Shown: in pieces, positions 19,553 through 29,841 of the stretch
Numbering within the stretch: the stretch's first letter is position 1
Layout of the letters: every line of letters begins with the position of its first letter
The notes under the pieces: generated by a model
Databases searched by the model: none
What the model was told of the DNA's origin: nothing
Seen by the model: only the letters and a program-made list of their open reading frames with translations
Made by a program: the position numbers and the translations under genes
Assembly (NCBI GenBank): GCA_026647365.1
Contig: JAPKGW010000006.1
Span: 8,977-72,976 of the forward strand
Length of the DNA: 64,000 nt
Source: Phycisphaerales bacterium
GTDB taxonomy: Bacteria; Planctomycetota; Phycisphaerae; Phycisphaerales; UBA5793
Direction of reading: 5' to 3'

Positions 19553-20578
19553 ATGTCAAGTCGCGGTTGCCACAAAAATCGGGTGGTGCTGGTCGGGGTG
19601 GGTCTTACCCTTTCGATTGGCTCCGCTCGCGCCCAAGTTCAGGAGTGTCGGCCATTTGGTAATACGGCGATCGTAACCTACCAGGCGAACGCACAGGAGG
19701 TTAATGTAACTCCCTTTGCAGACAAGGTCTTCGGCCGTTTCTACGGCATGCGCCTGACCGTTGATCTCTCCGCATCCAGCATTGTCCTGCCGCGCGGGGT
19801 GTGGTGGGTCAACGCCCAGCCAATGGACTTGGGTCCATTCGGCGACGTGTTCTACCAGATCTGGGACTACGACCTCCTTGTCGGAGGTGACTCCCATTTC
19901 AAGCATGGCGCCTACGAGCACCGATGGCGCTACTCCGACTTGGGACACGCGTGGGATTGGAACCCTATGCGAGGGGTGACCCAACCAGGCGATGCCGGGA
20001 TGCAGGTCGTGACGACGGAAGGCCGCGTGATCCACGACACGCTTTTCATGGCCGACGAGCAGACCTACGACAACGGCTACACCAACATGATCAGCGGACG
20101 CGGCGTGTACGGGATCATCTGGGACGGCCAGTTCGCCGATGATTTCGTCGTGCGCGAGCGAGAGGCGCGGATCGGCACGGTCGTCGCCGACTTCCTCACT
20201 CACCTCGGCAATCCGCCCGCCGACGGGGTGTGGGTGCAGTTCTACGCCAACGTGTGCCCGACGCCGATCCTCGATCCGCCCGTTCCCGGCAGCGCGGGTG
20301 AGGTGAATGAGTGGCGCATCACGGGCCTGCGCCCAGCGGACGTGGTCCACTTCGTCTACGGTCTCGCGCCCGGCGAGTTCTCCATCCCCGGCTGCGGCAG
20401 CATCAGTATTAACATCGACAGCCCGGCCTACATGGGCCGCGTGATTGCCGACACGGAAGGCAACGCCGTCTTCGCGCGCTTCGTGCCCGCCCAGGCGCGT
20501 GGCCGGACCATCCTCATCCAGGCCCTGCAGCGCACGACCTGCCTCATGAGCAACGTGGTCGTGCACACATTTAAGTGA
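19553..20578 (+). CDS. Secreted protein B with shared C-terminal Cys domain (...TC-LM-SN-VVVHTFK end)
   Basis: ATG at 19553 preceded by ggaggagg. Signal peptide MSSRGCHKNRVVLVGVGLTLSIGSARAQ. The last 86 aa align with the tail of 28003..29841. Confidence 0.85.
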   Translation: MSSRGCHKNRVVLVGVGLTLSIGSARAQVQECRPFGNTAIVTYQANAQEVNVTPFADKVFGRFYGMRLTVDLSASSIVLPRGVWWVNAQPMDLGPFGDVFYQIWDYDLLVGGDSHFKHGAYEHRWRYSDLGHAWDWNPMRGVTQPGDAGMQVVTTEGRVIHDTLFMADEQTYDNGYTNMISGRGVYGIIWDGQFADDFVVREREARIGTVVADFLTHLGNPPADGVWVQFYANVCPTPILDPPVPGSAGEVNEWRITGLRPADVVHFVYGLAPGEFSIPGCGSISINIDSPAYMGRVIADTEGNAVFARFVPAQARGRTILIQALQRTTCLMSNVVVHTFK

Positions 20579-20607
20579 GTTGTGACTACGGAAGGGTGGC
20601 GCTTGAG

Positions 20608-21585
20608 TCAGCGCCGCCGGCGGTTCCGCGCGAGTTCCGCTTCGGCGGCGATGGAGCCGAAGGCGGGCCAGGCGTCTTCAGCCGACATCATGTCGTTGAA
20701 GATCTCCATCGCCCGGTCGCGGCGGCCGCTGACCAGGTGCCATGCGCCAAGGCCGTAGGCATAGGTCATCGCGTCCACGGATGAGAGATCAGCGCCAGGC
20801 GGCGCGAGCGGGTCGCCGGACTCGGGCGCGATCTCGCCCTTGAAGAGCAGGATCAGGCGCAGGTAGGCAGTGTTCTCGATGACTTCTGTGCCCGCGTTGA
20901 AGGCGCTGAGGTAGTGCGCGGCCGAGTCTCCTTCGCCGAGGCGCTGCAGGGCGAGCCAGAGCCAGTAGGACGTGGCGACGAACATGTCATTCGTGCGGCA
21001 ATGCGGGAGGCAGCGCTGCCAGGCGTCGCGGGCGGCGGTGAACTCGCCGCGCAGGTAGTGCGCCAGGCCGAGGTGGTACTCGATGTTTGACTTCACTGTG
21101 CTCGTGGGGATGTTCCGCGCGTTGGGCAGGCCGTCGGGCTCGATCTCGTCAGGATGGTCCGCGGCGAGGCGCGCGGCGTGAGAGAGGTCGGCGACGGCCC
21201 GATCAAACTGCCGCAGCGTGATCCACCGATGTCCGCGGTGTCGCAGGAGGCGGTAACTGTCGGGATGCTTCGCCAGCGCTTCAGTGTAGATTCGCACCGC
21301 CTCGTTGTACCGGCCCAGGTAGGCGGTGCGGCGGCCGAGCCAGATCGCCGCCTCTTCGCTTTCCGGGTCCGCCTCGAAGGCGCGGAGCGCATCGGCGTAT
21401 TCCTCGATGCGCACGGCGAGCACGGCGCGCGGCAGATCAGGCCGGACCACAGGCCGGCCCAGCAGGGACCATCCTTCGATCCGTTCCGCCGGCGGCGCCT
21501 CTGCATCGGGAGGCGCCGTGCGCGGCGCACACGAGGCGAGGAGAAGGACAGCGACGAGCGCGGGCAGTGTTCGCATGTGCTGCAT
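20608..21585 (-). CDS. TPR-repeat lipoprotein
   Basis: Lipobox LLLASC after MQHMRTLPALVAV. Repeated A..Y..AL...P TPR-like helices. Confidence 0.85.
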   Translation of the reverse strand: MQHMRTLPALVAVLLLASCAPRTAPPDAEAPPAERIEGWSLLGRPVVRPDLPRAVLAVRIEEYADALRAFEADPESEEAAIWLGRRTAYLGRYNEAVRIYTEALAKHPDSYRLLRHRGHRWITLRQFDRAVADLSHAARLAADHPDEIEPDGLPNARNIPTSTVKSNIEYHLGLAHYLRGEFTAARDAWQRCLPHCRTNDMFVATSYWLWLALQRLGEGDSAAHYLSAFNAGTEVIENTAYLRLILLFKGEIAPESGDPLAPPGADLSSVDAMTYAYGLGAWHLVSGRRDRAMEIFNDMMSAEDAWPAFGSIAAEAELARNRRRR

Positions 21586-21738
21586 GGATCATCCTTGCCG
21601 CCGCGTGTCCCCCGTCAAGCGGCAGGTCGGGCCATGGCTCGGCGCCCGCCCGCCAATTCGACGCCGATGAGGAATGACGTCTACCTTCCGCGGGTTCCCG
21701 GCTTGCTGCCGGGCCGCGCCCAAAGCGGCGGGCCCGAC

Positions 21739-22854
21739 CTACTCGACCGGCGCGTCGCCGAAGCAGGTGCCCACCGCCCGCGCGGCGGCAAGGAGCGGGC
21801 TGTCGAGGGGCACAAGGCGCTGCTTGTCGGCTGCATCGAGCAGATCGATGTCCGTCACCTGGTGGTTGCGCATCACCACGAGCCGGTTCCGCGCCCCGCC
21901 CATGAGCAACTCGATCGCGTGGTAGCCGAAGCGCGTCGCCAGCAGGCGATCCGAGTGGATCGGCGTCCCGCCTCGCTGCACGTGCCCGAGCACGGTGACG
22001 CGGCTCTCGGCGCCGGTGCGCCTCTCAATCTCTTCGGCAACGACCTTGCCGATGCCCCCGAGGCGCACGGGATCGGGGCTGGTGGGATCGAGATGGTTGA
22101 CCACCTGCTTGCCGCCAACCGGCCGTGCTCCCTCGCTCACGCACGCGATCGTGCAACTGCGGTGGTGCAGATGGCGCTGGGCGATGAACGCGCAGATCAC
22201 TTCGTAGTCGAAGGGAATCTCGGGAAGGAGGATGACGTCCGAGCCGGACGCGACGCCCGCGTGCAGGGCGATCCACCCCGCATTCCGGCCCATGACTTCG
22301 ACGACCATCGCACGATGGTGGCTGGCGGCCGTCGTGTGAATGCGGTCGATGGCGCACGTCGCGGTCTCGACGGCGGTCTGAAAGCCGAAGGTGATGTCCG
22401 TGCCGATCAGGTCGTTGTCGATGGTCTTGGGGACACCGATGCAGTTGATGCCGCGCCGGATGAAGTCCTTGGCGCAGCTCATCGTGCCGTCGCCGCCGAT
22501 GACGACGAGGGCGTCGAGGCGCCAGTGCCGGAGGTGGTCCATGCAGCGGTCTGTAACATCCTTGAAGATGAGTTGGCCGCGCTCGTCAGTGCCGGTGCAG
22601 TAGCGGGCGGGATTGCACTTGTTGGAGGTGCCGAGGATGGTCCCGCCGACGGTGAGGATGCCCGAGACGTCCTCGGGCCGGAGTTCCTTGATGCGGTTCT
22701 GCACGAGGCCGAGAAACCCGTCCTCGATGCCGAAGACCTGAACGCCGTGGTTCATGATGGCGGTCTTGGTGACGGCGCGGATGACGGCGTTGAGGCCGGG
22801 GCAGTCGCCCCCGCCGGTGAGCACGCCGATGCGCCTGATGCCGTTGGAAGCCAC
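21739..22854 (-). CDS. pfkA: ATP-dependent 6-phosphofructokinase
   Basis: IGVLTGGGDCPGLNAVIR, VVIGGDGT, GVPKTIDND, VMGRNAGW. GTG at 22854 is preceded by gagaggagg at -9, while the ATG at 22956 lacks an SD. The rest of the 828-aa ORF is antisense to the ATPase gene. Confidence 0.92.
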   Translation of the reverse strand: MASNGIRRIGVLTGGGDCPGLNAVIRAVTKTAIMNHGVQVFGIEDGFLGLVQNRIKELRPEDVSGILTVGGTILGTSNKCNPARYCTGTDERGQLIFKDVTDRCMDHLRHWRLDALVVIGGDGTMSCAKDFIRRGINCIGVPKTIDNDLIGTDITFGFQTAVETATCAIDRIHTTAASHHRAMVVEVMGRNAGWIALHAGVASGSDVILLPEIPFDYEVICAFIAQRHLHHRSCTIACVSEGARPVGGKQVVNHLDPTSPDPVRLGGIGKVVAEEIERRTGAESRVTVLGHVQRGGTPIHSDRLLATRFGYHAIELLMGGARNRLVVMRNHQVTDIDLLDAADKQRLVPLDSPLLAAARAVGTCFGDAPVE

Positions 22855-22992
22855 GAAGGCGTACCTCCTCTCGTGCGGCGGGCAGCCTCGCAGTTCGCTG
22901 AATTGCGTAGGCCGGCGCCGCCGGAACAGATCGAATAATATCGGCACAGTGCGCATCCGAGCGGGAGTCCGCGGCGGAACTGCCTGGAATCG

Positions 22993-25047
22993 GTGGAAAG
23001 CAAAGGAATCAATCCCTTCGTGCGTTCCCGCCGAGTACACTTGGGCGTGACGCCGCTGATTGCGCCTGACCAACCCGTGCTCAGATCGCCGGCCTGGCAC
23101 ACGCGCATCGCCGGCAGCCATGAACTCATCGCGGCCGTGCTCGCGGGCGCGTTTCTGGCAATCGGCTTTGCGCTGATTAGGTGGGCGAGCGCAGGCGGCG
23201 GCGGGCCGGGCCGCGACGCTCTGGAAGTCCCCGGCCTGCGGCTGCCGAGGACGGGCGGCGAGTGGCTCGTGTGGATCAGCCTGGCCATCGGGCTGGTCTA
23301 CGGCGGGCGTGCAGCAATCGACGCGATCCGCAATCTCGAGTTCAACATCGACGTGCTGATGGTGGTGGGCGCTCTGCTGGCGGCGTGGCTGGGCCATCCC
23401 GAGGAAGGCGCGCTGCTCCTGTTTCTCTTCGTCCTCTCGGGCGCGCTCGAAGACCTCGCGATGAAGCGCACGACGTCGGCCGTGACCGCCCTCAACCGCA
23501 TGATCCCCACCGAGACGCTCGTGCAGCGCAACGGGCAGTGGACGCCGATTCGCCCCGAGGAGGCAGTCGTCGGCGAGACGATCCTTGTACGGCCGGGCGA
23601 GCGCGTTCCGACTGACGGCGTCGTGGCGTCGGGGGCGACGGAACTCAACCAGGCGTCGCTCACGGGCGAGTCGCGGCCGCGCGCGGTCGCCGAGGGCGAT
23701 GAAGTCTTCGCCGGTACGATCAACGAGGGCCACCCCATCGAAGTTCGGGTGACGCGGCACTCGTCCGATTCGAGCCTCCAGCGCGTGCTCAACCTCGTGC
23801 TCAGCGCGCAGGAGAGGCGCCAGCCGGTGCAGCAGTTGATCGACCGCCTCTCGATGCCCTACAGCGTCAGCGTGCTGGTCCTGTGCGTCGTTACGCTTGT
23901 CGTGCTGCGCTTCGCGCTGGAAAGGGAGTGGTCGAGCGCGGCGTACACGGCGATCACGCTGCTGATCGTCGCCAGTCCCTGCGCGCTGATCATCGCCACG
24001 CCGACGGCGACGCTCTCGTGCATCAGCCGCGCCGCCCGCGCCGGCGTGCTCTTCAAGGGGGGCGAATCGATCGAACGCCTCGCCTCGTTCCATTGCGTGG
24101 CGCTGGACAAGACGGGGACGCTGACGATGGGCCGCCCGCGCCTTCAACAGGTGCATCCGGTGGCGTGGTCGGATTCGCAGACGCTCCTGGGCCTGGCGGC
24201 CGGGCTGGAGCACGGGTCCACCCACCCTTTCGCGCAGGCGATCATCGACGAGGCGCAGCGGCGCGGCGCGGCGCCGATCTTCTGCGAGAGACAGGCATTC
24301 CAGCCGGGCCTGGGCGTGTCAGGCGTGTACGAAGGCTCAGAGGTGCGCCTGGGACGCTTTCCCCACGTGCGCGAGATCATGCCCATCTGCCTGCACGCGC
24401 GCGTGCACGAGGTGATGGAGGCTCTGCACGACCGCGGCAGTCTCGCGGTGGCGCTGGCGTGGCGCGACCAGGCGGGCGTCTTCGTGCTGCGCGATGAGCC
24501 GCGGCCCGGAGGCGAGGCGATGGTCCGTGAGTTTCACGAACTCGGCATCCGGCCGATCGTCATGCTCACCGGCGACGTGCAGGGCGTCGCGCAGCGCCTC
24601 AGCGAGCACCTCGGCCTCGACGGCCATCACGCCGAACTCCGGCCCGACGAAAAACTCGAGCACGTCGAGCGCATGCGAGCAGAGCACGGCCGTGTCGCCG
24701 TCGTGGGCGACGGAGTGAACGATGCGCCTTCGCTTGCGGCGAGCGATGCCGGCATCGCCATCGGCGGCATCGGCTCCGACGCGGCGCTGGAGACCGCGGA
24801 CGTCGTGCTGATGAATGAGGATCTGCGGGCCGTCACATGGGCCGTGCGCCTCGCGCGTCGCACGCGGAGGACGATCATCGCCAATCTCACCTTCGCCATC
24901 GGAGCGATCATCCTGCTCATCGTCGGCACGCTCGCGGGCTGGGTAAACCTCTCCCTGGGCGTGCTCGGACACGAGGGCGGCACGCTGCTTGTGGTCGCCA
25001 ACGGCCTGCGCCTGCTGCTCGCGCCGGCCCCGCGGACGCGCGAGTAA
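22993..25047 (+). CDS. Heavy-metal P-type ATPase, P1B-4-like (SPC motif, no N-terminal metal-binding domain)
   Basis: VASPCALIIATP (SPC), DKTGTLT, MLTGD, VGDGVNDAP, HEGGTLLVVANGLRLL. Few TM segments precede the actuator domain. The GTG start at 22993 is uncertain. Confidence 0.92.
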   Translation: MESKGINPFVRSRRVHLGVTPLIAPDQPVLRSPAWHTRIAGSHELIAAVLAGAFLAIGFALIRWASAGGGGPGRDALEVPGLRLPRTGGEWLVWISLAIGLVYGGRAAIDAIRNLEFNIDVLMVVGALLAAWLGHPEEGALLLFLFVLSGALEDLAMKRTTSAVTALNRMIPTETLVQRNGQWTPIRPEEAVVGETILVRPGERVPTDGVVASGATELNQASLTGESRPRAVAEGDEVFAGTINEGHPIEVRVTRHSSDSSLQRVLNLVLSAQERRQPVQQLIDRLSMPYSVSVLVLCVVTLVVLRFALEREWSSAAYTAITLLIVASPCALIIATPTATLSCISRAARAGVLFKGGESIERLASFHCVALDKTGTLTMGRPRLQQVHPVAWSDSQTLLGLAAGLEHGSTHPFAQAIIDEAQRRGAAPIFCERQAFQPGLGVSGVYEGSEVRLGRFPHVREIMPICLHARVHEVMEALHDRGSLAVALAWRDQAGVFVLRDEPRPGGEAMVREFHELGIRPIVMLTGDVQGVAQRLSEHLGLDGHHAELRPDEKLEHVERMRAEHGRVAVVGDGVNDAPSLAASDAGIAIGGIGSDAALETADVVLMNEDLRAVTWAVRLARRTRRTIIANLTFAIGAIILLIVGTLAGWVNLSLGVLGHEGGTLLVVANGLRLLLAPAPRTRE

Positions 25048-25125
25048 ATGCGCGAAACGGCGCGAGACCGCCCGTGTACGGCGATTCCGTGATGGCTTCA
25101 CGGGCCGAAGAGGTCATAATTGGGC

Positions 25126-26658
25126 ATGATGCACCTCGCCGCCGCCATCGTCGCAGTTGCAGCCTCGACCTTCGCCGCCGGACCGCGAATCGCCTCGCCG
25201 ATCCTCGGAGCGCTTCGCGAAGCACCTCTCACCATCAAGGGCAATGGCTTCGGCGGGCCTGGTCCCGGTACCAGCCTGATCATCCGCATCGGCGAGCAGC
25301 GATCCACCATTCCGTCTACTTCCGACTCCATTCTGCACTGGGAAGACACGAAGATCGTTCTCGCGGTGGATGCGGCGGCCCGCAGCGGAGCGCTCCGGGT
25401 CCGCACGCCGCAGGGCACCAGCCCACCGGCGATCGTGGAGGTCTATCACTACGAGTGGTTCGACATTCCGCCGACCCCCAACACCAACGCGCTGCCTCTC
25501 TCCATCGCCGTTGATGATGACTCGCAGGTGTGGATCAATCAGGAGTTTCATCGCGATTTCCAGCACTTCGATCCAGGCACCGGCGTCGTGCAGGGGCTGG
25601 CGATTCCGCGACCGCCCGATCCGGGACCGTTCGCCTCAACCATCTTCCGAGACCACCGAACGCAGACGAGCGTGCTCGGCGAAGATGTCATCGTCGATCC
25701 GCAGGGCAAGGTGTGGTTTACGCAAGGAGGCGGGTACCTGTATTCCGGTGAGCATCCCAATCACAGCCGCATTGTCCGCTATGACCCGGAAGCGCCGCCA
25801 GGTCAGGAGTGGCGCGTGTACAACATGCCCGGCGATTGGAACGAGATCATCGGCCTGGCGTGGGATGCGCGGCGCGGGCGGATGTGGGTGGCGCAGGGCG
25901 GCCTTGAGGCGGGCCCGAAGATCGCCAGTTTCGATCCCGAGCGGATTCCATTCGACAATCACTTCGACTTCAGCCGGCCGCTGCTGCATCAGATCTGCGA
26001 GGAGGGCCAGCCGACGGACGACTGCTATCGTGTCTATCGCCTGCCGGAACGTTCCCTTCAGCCGGCGCATCTCCTCGTCGATCGGCGCGGCCTGGTGTGG
26101 TACACGGCCTTCTGGGGCAACCGTATCGGCGTGCTCGACCCCGACACGGGGCGGGTGATCGAGTACCCGCTGCCGCCCGCCATCGGCCTGGGCGATCCGG
26201 TCTGGCTCGTCGGCTCGGGGCCGTGGCAGATCGTCGAGTCAGCCACCGGCGACATCGTCTTCAACGAGTACTTCGACAGCACGATCGGCAGTTTCAACGT
26301 GAGCCGCCTGCTTGATCCGGCCTGCCGGTCGCTCGACGCCCAGGGCCGCAATCCCTGCATCCGCGAGTGGGTTGTACCTGACGCCGATCTGCGCGATCAG
26401 ACGGTGCACTCGATCGCGTTTGATGGTCGCGGACGCCTGTGGTTCACGCAGGACGCGACGAAGGAGACGGCCACGGACGCCTCGCTCGGCTTCATCACGG
26501 CGGACGGGCGGCACGTGGTGCGTCTTCCCTCGCTGGGGCACTTTCCGGCAAACGCCGTCAACGCCTCGACCGGCATCGCCATCGACCGCTCCACGGGCGA
26601 CATCTACTTCTGCGAGTTTCAGCGCAAGCGCCTGGGCCGCCTCCGCCTGATGGAGTGA
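25126..26658 (+). CDS. Secreted IPT/TIG-like plus beta-propeller repeat protein (streptogramin-lyase/NHL-like repeats; product uncertain)
   Basis: Signal peptide MMHLAAAIVAVAASTFA. An IPT-like segment PLTIKGNGFG...ALRVRTPQG. Repeated VWFTQGG / MWVAQGG / LWFTQD blades. Confidence 0.85.
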   Translation: MMHLAAAIVAVAASTFAAGPRIASPILGALREAPLTIKGNGFGGPGPGTSLIIRIGEQRSTIPSTSDSILHWEDTKIVLAVDAAARSGALRVRTPQGTSPPAIVEVYHYEWFDIPPTPNTNALPLSIAVDDDSQVWINQEFHRDFQHFDPGTGVVQGLAIPRPPDPGPFASTIFRDHRTQTSVLGEDVIVDPQGKVWFTQGGGYLYSGEHPNHSRIVRYDPEAPPGQEWRVYNMPGDWNEIIGLAWDARRGRMWVAQGGLEAGPKIASFDPERIPFDNHFDFSRPLLHQICEEGQPTDDCYRVYRLPERSLQPAHLLVDRRGLVWYTAFWGNRIGVLDPDTGRVIEYPLPPAIGLGDPVWLVGSGPWQIVESATGDIVFNEYFDSTIGSFNVSRLLDPACRSLDAQGRNPCIREWVVPDADLRDQTVHSIAFDGRGRLWFTQDATKETATDASLGFITADGRHVVRLPSLGHFPANAVNASTGIAIDRSTGDIYFCEFQRKRLGRLRLME

Positions 26659-27039
26659 TCACGCGCTGGCATCAGGGGGCGGCGGCTTCGCTTCCGGCGA
26701 CTTCTTGCGCTGCTCTGCCTCGGCCTCGATCTGCTCGATGCGCTGAATGATGTAGTCCATCGAGCCGCGCTTCTCGAGAAACTCGGAGAAGTGAGTGTAG
26801 TTCTCGTACGACTGCTGGCGGAGGATGGCCCAGAAGCCGGGCTGAAAGAAGTGCATGGTCTGGGCGGCGATGTAGTTCAGCGGCCGCGTCATCTCGAGAA
26901 ACATCAGGCCCGGCGTGGTCAGGCGCCGACGCGCGATCTCGAGGCAGACCCATTCCACGACCGGCTTCTGTTGCTCGGTCGGCTCGACCGGCCCGGGCGG
27001 ATCGACAGCGAACGCGTTCCTGAACCAACCTCTGCCCAT
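26659..27039 (-). CDS. Hypothetical 126-aa protein
   Basis: ATG at 27039 preceded by gggaggg. Good GC3 bias. Sequence MGRGWFRNAFAVDPPGP...IQRIEQIEAEAEQRKK. Confidence 0.7.
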   Translation of the reverse strand: MGRGWFRNAFAVDPPGPVEPTEQQKPVVEWVCLEIARRRLTTPGLMFLEMTRPLNYIAAQTMHFFQPGFWAILRQQSYENYTHFSEFLEKRGSMDYIIQRIEQIEAEAEQRKKSPEAKPPPPDASA

Positions 27040-27192
27040 CGCAGACCCTCCCGAACCAGTGGGACGACATCGGTATTGTAAGACTCCGGCCTGACTTGCT
27101 CTGGCATGCCTGGGCCGCAGTGCCGATTCAGGATCATTGAAACAGGCGGGGCGCACCTGAGCCCTCATCCTTGTCGACCGGTTGTGCCTCCG

Positions 27193-27966
27193 TCACCGCC
27201 CTGCCCGGTCGAGCAGAAACGCGAAAGCCGCCTTCATGCGCGGATACAGCGCGCCGCGCCACCCGTGTCCGCCGGCATAGGTCACGAAGCGGACTTTCGC
27301 GCCGGCAGCCGTCAGGTCGTCGCGCGCCTTCTCCGCGAGGTCGGGCGGGCAAGTGCGATCATCCGGCGAGTGCTCGATCACAACGCGCCGGCTCCGCGCA
27401 TTCTCGATCGGCGGCATCTGATCGGGCTTGAACACGGACATGCAGACGTAGAAGCCGTCGAAGGGCGTCTGCTCCGCACAGAGCATGTTGTACACCACCG
27501 GACCGCTCGAAGACCAGCCCATCAGCAGCAGACGATCCTCGTCAACCTCGTGGGCAGCGCGCACGTCGTCAAGCACTGCCGCGATGAACTGCTCCGTCGT
27601 GAACTGCTGGTCCTTGACGGGCGCGCGTTCGCTCGGCCAGACGATGAACTGATCTTCGGCCCATCTCGGTGCGACGGGTTGAACGACCAGAGAGCCGGCC
27701 GGCGCCGCGTACATGGCGATCCGCTGCACGAAGGGATTGAACTCGGCGCTGCCGTCGCCGCCGGGCAGGACGACGAGCAGCCCGTAGCCGTTCTCAGGCG
27801 CCGGTTCAGTCGGCGCGGCGTTGATGAGGAAATAGGACTGCCGCTCGTTGCCGCCGACGGTGTGGCGCGTCGATGCGACGCCGTCAATGTCGCTCTGGGC
27901 GCTCGCCCCTGTGGGCAATAGCGCGGCCGAGACAAGCGCAAGCAATCGTCGCCACGAGCGATGCAT
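27193..27966 (-). CDS. Secreted alpha/beta hydrolase (esterase/dienelactone-hydrolase-like)
   Basis: Signal peptide MHRSWRRLLALVSAALLPTGASAQ. Nucleophile elbow GWSSSG, LLVVLPGGDGS, and a late DD...H (GGHGW). Confidence 0.85.
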   Translation of the reverse strand: MHRSWRRLLALVSAALLPTGASAQSDIDGVASTRHTVGGNERQSYFLINAAPTEPAPENGYGLLVVLPGGDGSAEFNPFVQRIAMYAAPAGSLVVQPVAPRWAEDQFIVWPSERAPVKDQQFTTEQFIAAVLDDVRAAHEVDEDRLLLMGWSSSGPVVYNMLCAEQTPFDGFYVCMSVFKPDQMPPIENARSRRVVIEHSPDDRTCPPDLAEKARDDLTAAGAKVRFVTYAGGHGWRGALYPRMKAAFAFLLDRAGR

Positions 27967-28002
27967 GCCGCGATCGTAGCCGGCTTCTTTGCTTCGCGAC
28001 GG

Positions 28003-29841
28003 TCAGAACAGCCGCAGAATGCGGTTGCTCACTCGGCACGTGGCCCGATCAACCGCCTGGAAATAGATGTACCGGCCCGCCGCCGCCTCGGGCACCATGC
28101 GCGTGATCGCCGCTTCGCCCTGGCCGTCGGCGCGTGCGCTGCCCATGATGGTCGGCTGGCGGATCGTCACTGAAACGCCGGGGCAGCCGGGCACGTTGGT
28201 GCTCCCGCCGTCGAAGCCGTAGACGAAGTACACCGGCCTTCCCGGTGCGACGCCGCCCGCGCGCCACGTGTTGCTCGCATTGGCCCAGCCGGGCGTCGGA
28301 CGCGTCAGGACGAATCCCGTCGTACGTCCCTGAAACTCGTAGCATCCGAGATCGGCCGTCAGCGCACCGCCTTCGCCGGTGCCGGGCATGCCGAGGTCGT
28401 TGGCGAAGCGAGGCGAGCCGTCGAGGTCGACCTGTGTGCCGGGCAGGAAGCGCGCGTTGTCGGCCGCGTCGATGCACGGCGAGGCGGGGCGCAGGCGGAA
28501 GTCGTCGTCCATCGTACCGCCGCGATTGTCAGATCCGTCGGCATCGACGAACATCGGATTCTCATCAATGCAGCCGGGGTAGCTCCGCGGGTTGGGCGGA
28601 TCCTCGTTGGGGATGCGCTCGAAGACCCCCTCGATGCACGAGTAGGCGAAGGCGACCGTGCCACCGGCGTTGTGAACCTGCTGCTTGAAGCGCGTCTCGC
28701 CGACGCCCGTGTTGCCCCAGAGGATGGAGTTGTGAAACTCGATAACGCCGTTGGTGGAGTTGGAGACGGCCCCGCCGTCCTCGGCGTCGTTGAAACTGAA
28801 AGTCGAGCCAACGACGAGCGTGCCTGCGGCGACGAAGTTGACAATCGCTCCGCCGACCAGCGCCTTGTTGCCGGTGAAGCGGGTGTTCTCGAGGCGCGCC
28901 GGCCGGCCGATCCACAGGGCGCCGCCTGTATCCGCCCGGTTGCCGACGAAATCGCTTTGCGTGATGGTCAGACCCTGGCCGAGACTGCAGATCGCGCCGC
29001 CGTTCGAGTAGAACGGATAGTTCGGCTCGGCGACATTACCGGTGAAGGTGCTCCGCTCGATCGTGGTCGGGGCGTCGAACTCGATGAACATGCCCGCGCC
29101 GTCGGCCACCGCCGCGCCCCCGCCGTGCACAGTGTTGCTCGAGAAGAAGCAATCGGCAAACGTCGGGCTGCTGCCGGCGGCGATGTACGCGCCCGCGCCG
29201 CGCGAAAGCCAGACATAGTTGCCCGTGAACTCGCACGCCTCGAAGCGCGGCGAGCCGCCGATGATCACGCACCCGGCGCCGGGACTGAAGTCGGCGATGT
29301 TACCCGTGACTTTGCACTGCGAGATGACGGGCGAAGCGCCGACAATCCGAAGCCCCGCGCCGGAAGACTGCGTGCAGCGGCCGGCCCTGATCGTGAAACC
29401 GTCGAGAACCGCCGTGCTGTTCACGCCGTCGGCGGTGATGATGTGGTCGGTGTTCTCCGTCATGTTGACCCAGTTGGGCAGATCGTCGCCGTTGAGGTCG
29501 CCGCTGAGAATCGTGACGTGTGTCGCCGGATCGCGCTGCGCGCGATGCGTCTCGACGCCGGAGAACCCGCCGTAGATGCCGAGGTTGTTGCGCAGCGTGA
29601 AAGTTTCTGCGGCGCTGCCCTGCGGAGGCGCGGGGCAATAGGTCCCTTCCGCGACCCAGACCTCAATCCCCCAGCCCGCCTGGAGCGCCGTCTGGAGCGA
29701 GGTGTAGGCATTGGCCCAGTCGACGCCGGTGTTGTTCCCGGTCGCATCCTTGTCGACGTAGACAATCTGCGCCGACGCGATTCGAGGAAGCAATGCAAAT
29801 GAGACAACCGTCATGCACAGAACTGGAATTCGCATTCTCAT
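28003..29841 (-). CDS. Secreted right-handed parallel beta-helix repeat protein C with shared C-terminal Cys domain
   Basis: ATG at 29841 preceded by ggagtggagag. Signal peptide MRMRIPVLCMTVVSFALLPRIASAQ. VYVDKDATGNNTGVDWANAY and many GGA..N / F..N beta-helix rungs. The tail ends ...DRATCRVSNRILRLF. Confidence 0.9.
   Translation of the reverse strand: MRMRIPVLCMTVVSFALLPRIASAQIVYVDKDATGNNTGVDWANAYTSLQTALQAGWGIEVWVAEGTYCPAPPQGSAAETFTLRNNLGIYGGFSGVETHRAQRDPATHVTILSGDLNGDDLPNWVNMTENTDHIITADGVNSTAVLDGFTIRAGRCTQSSGAGLRIVGASPVISQCKVTGNIADFSPGAGCVIIGGSPRFEACEFTGNYVWLSRGAGAYIAAGSSPTFADCFFSSNTVHGGGAAVADGAGMFIEFDAPTTIERSTFTGNVAEPNYPFYSNGGAICSLGQGLTITQSDFVGNRADTGGALWIGRPARLENTRFTGNKALVGGAIVNFVAAGTLVVGSTFSFNDAEDGGAVSNSTNGVIEFHNSILWGNTGVGETRFKQQVHNAGGTVAFAYSCIEGVFERIPNEDPPNPRSYPGCIDENPMFVDADGSDNRGGTMDDDFRLRPASPCIDAADNARFLPGTQVDLDGSPRFANDLGMPGTGEGGALTADLGCYEFQGRTTGFVLTRPTPGWANASNTWRAGGVAPGRPVYFVYGFDGGSTNVPGCPGVSVTIRQPTIMGSARADGQGEAAITRMVPEAAAGRYIYFQAVDRATCRVSNRILRLF

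Noticed and set aside
21739-24225. 828-aa ORF suggesting a giant PFK fusion.
   Set aside because: The N-terminal ~450 codons are antisense to the P-type ATPase gene. The PFK core starts at an SD-supported GTG at 22854.
26653-26664. TGATCA palindrome where two convergent genes end back-to-back with zero spacer.
   Set aside because: It is simply two stop codons (TGA / TCA). There is no evidence of a functional site.
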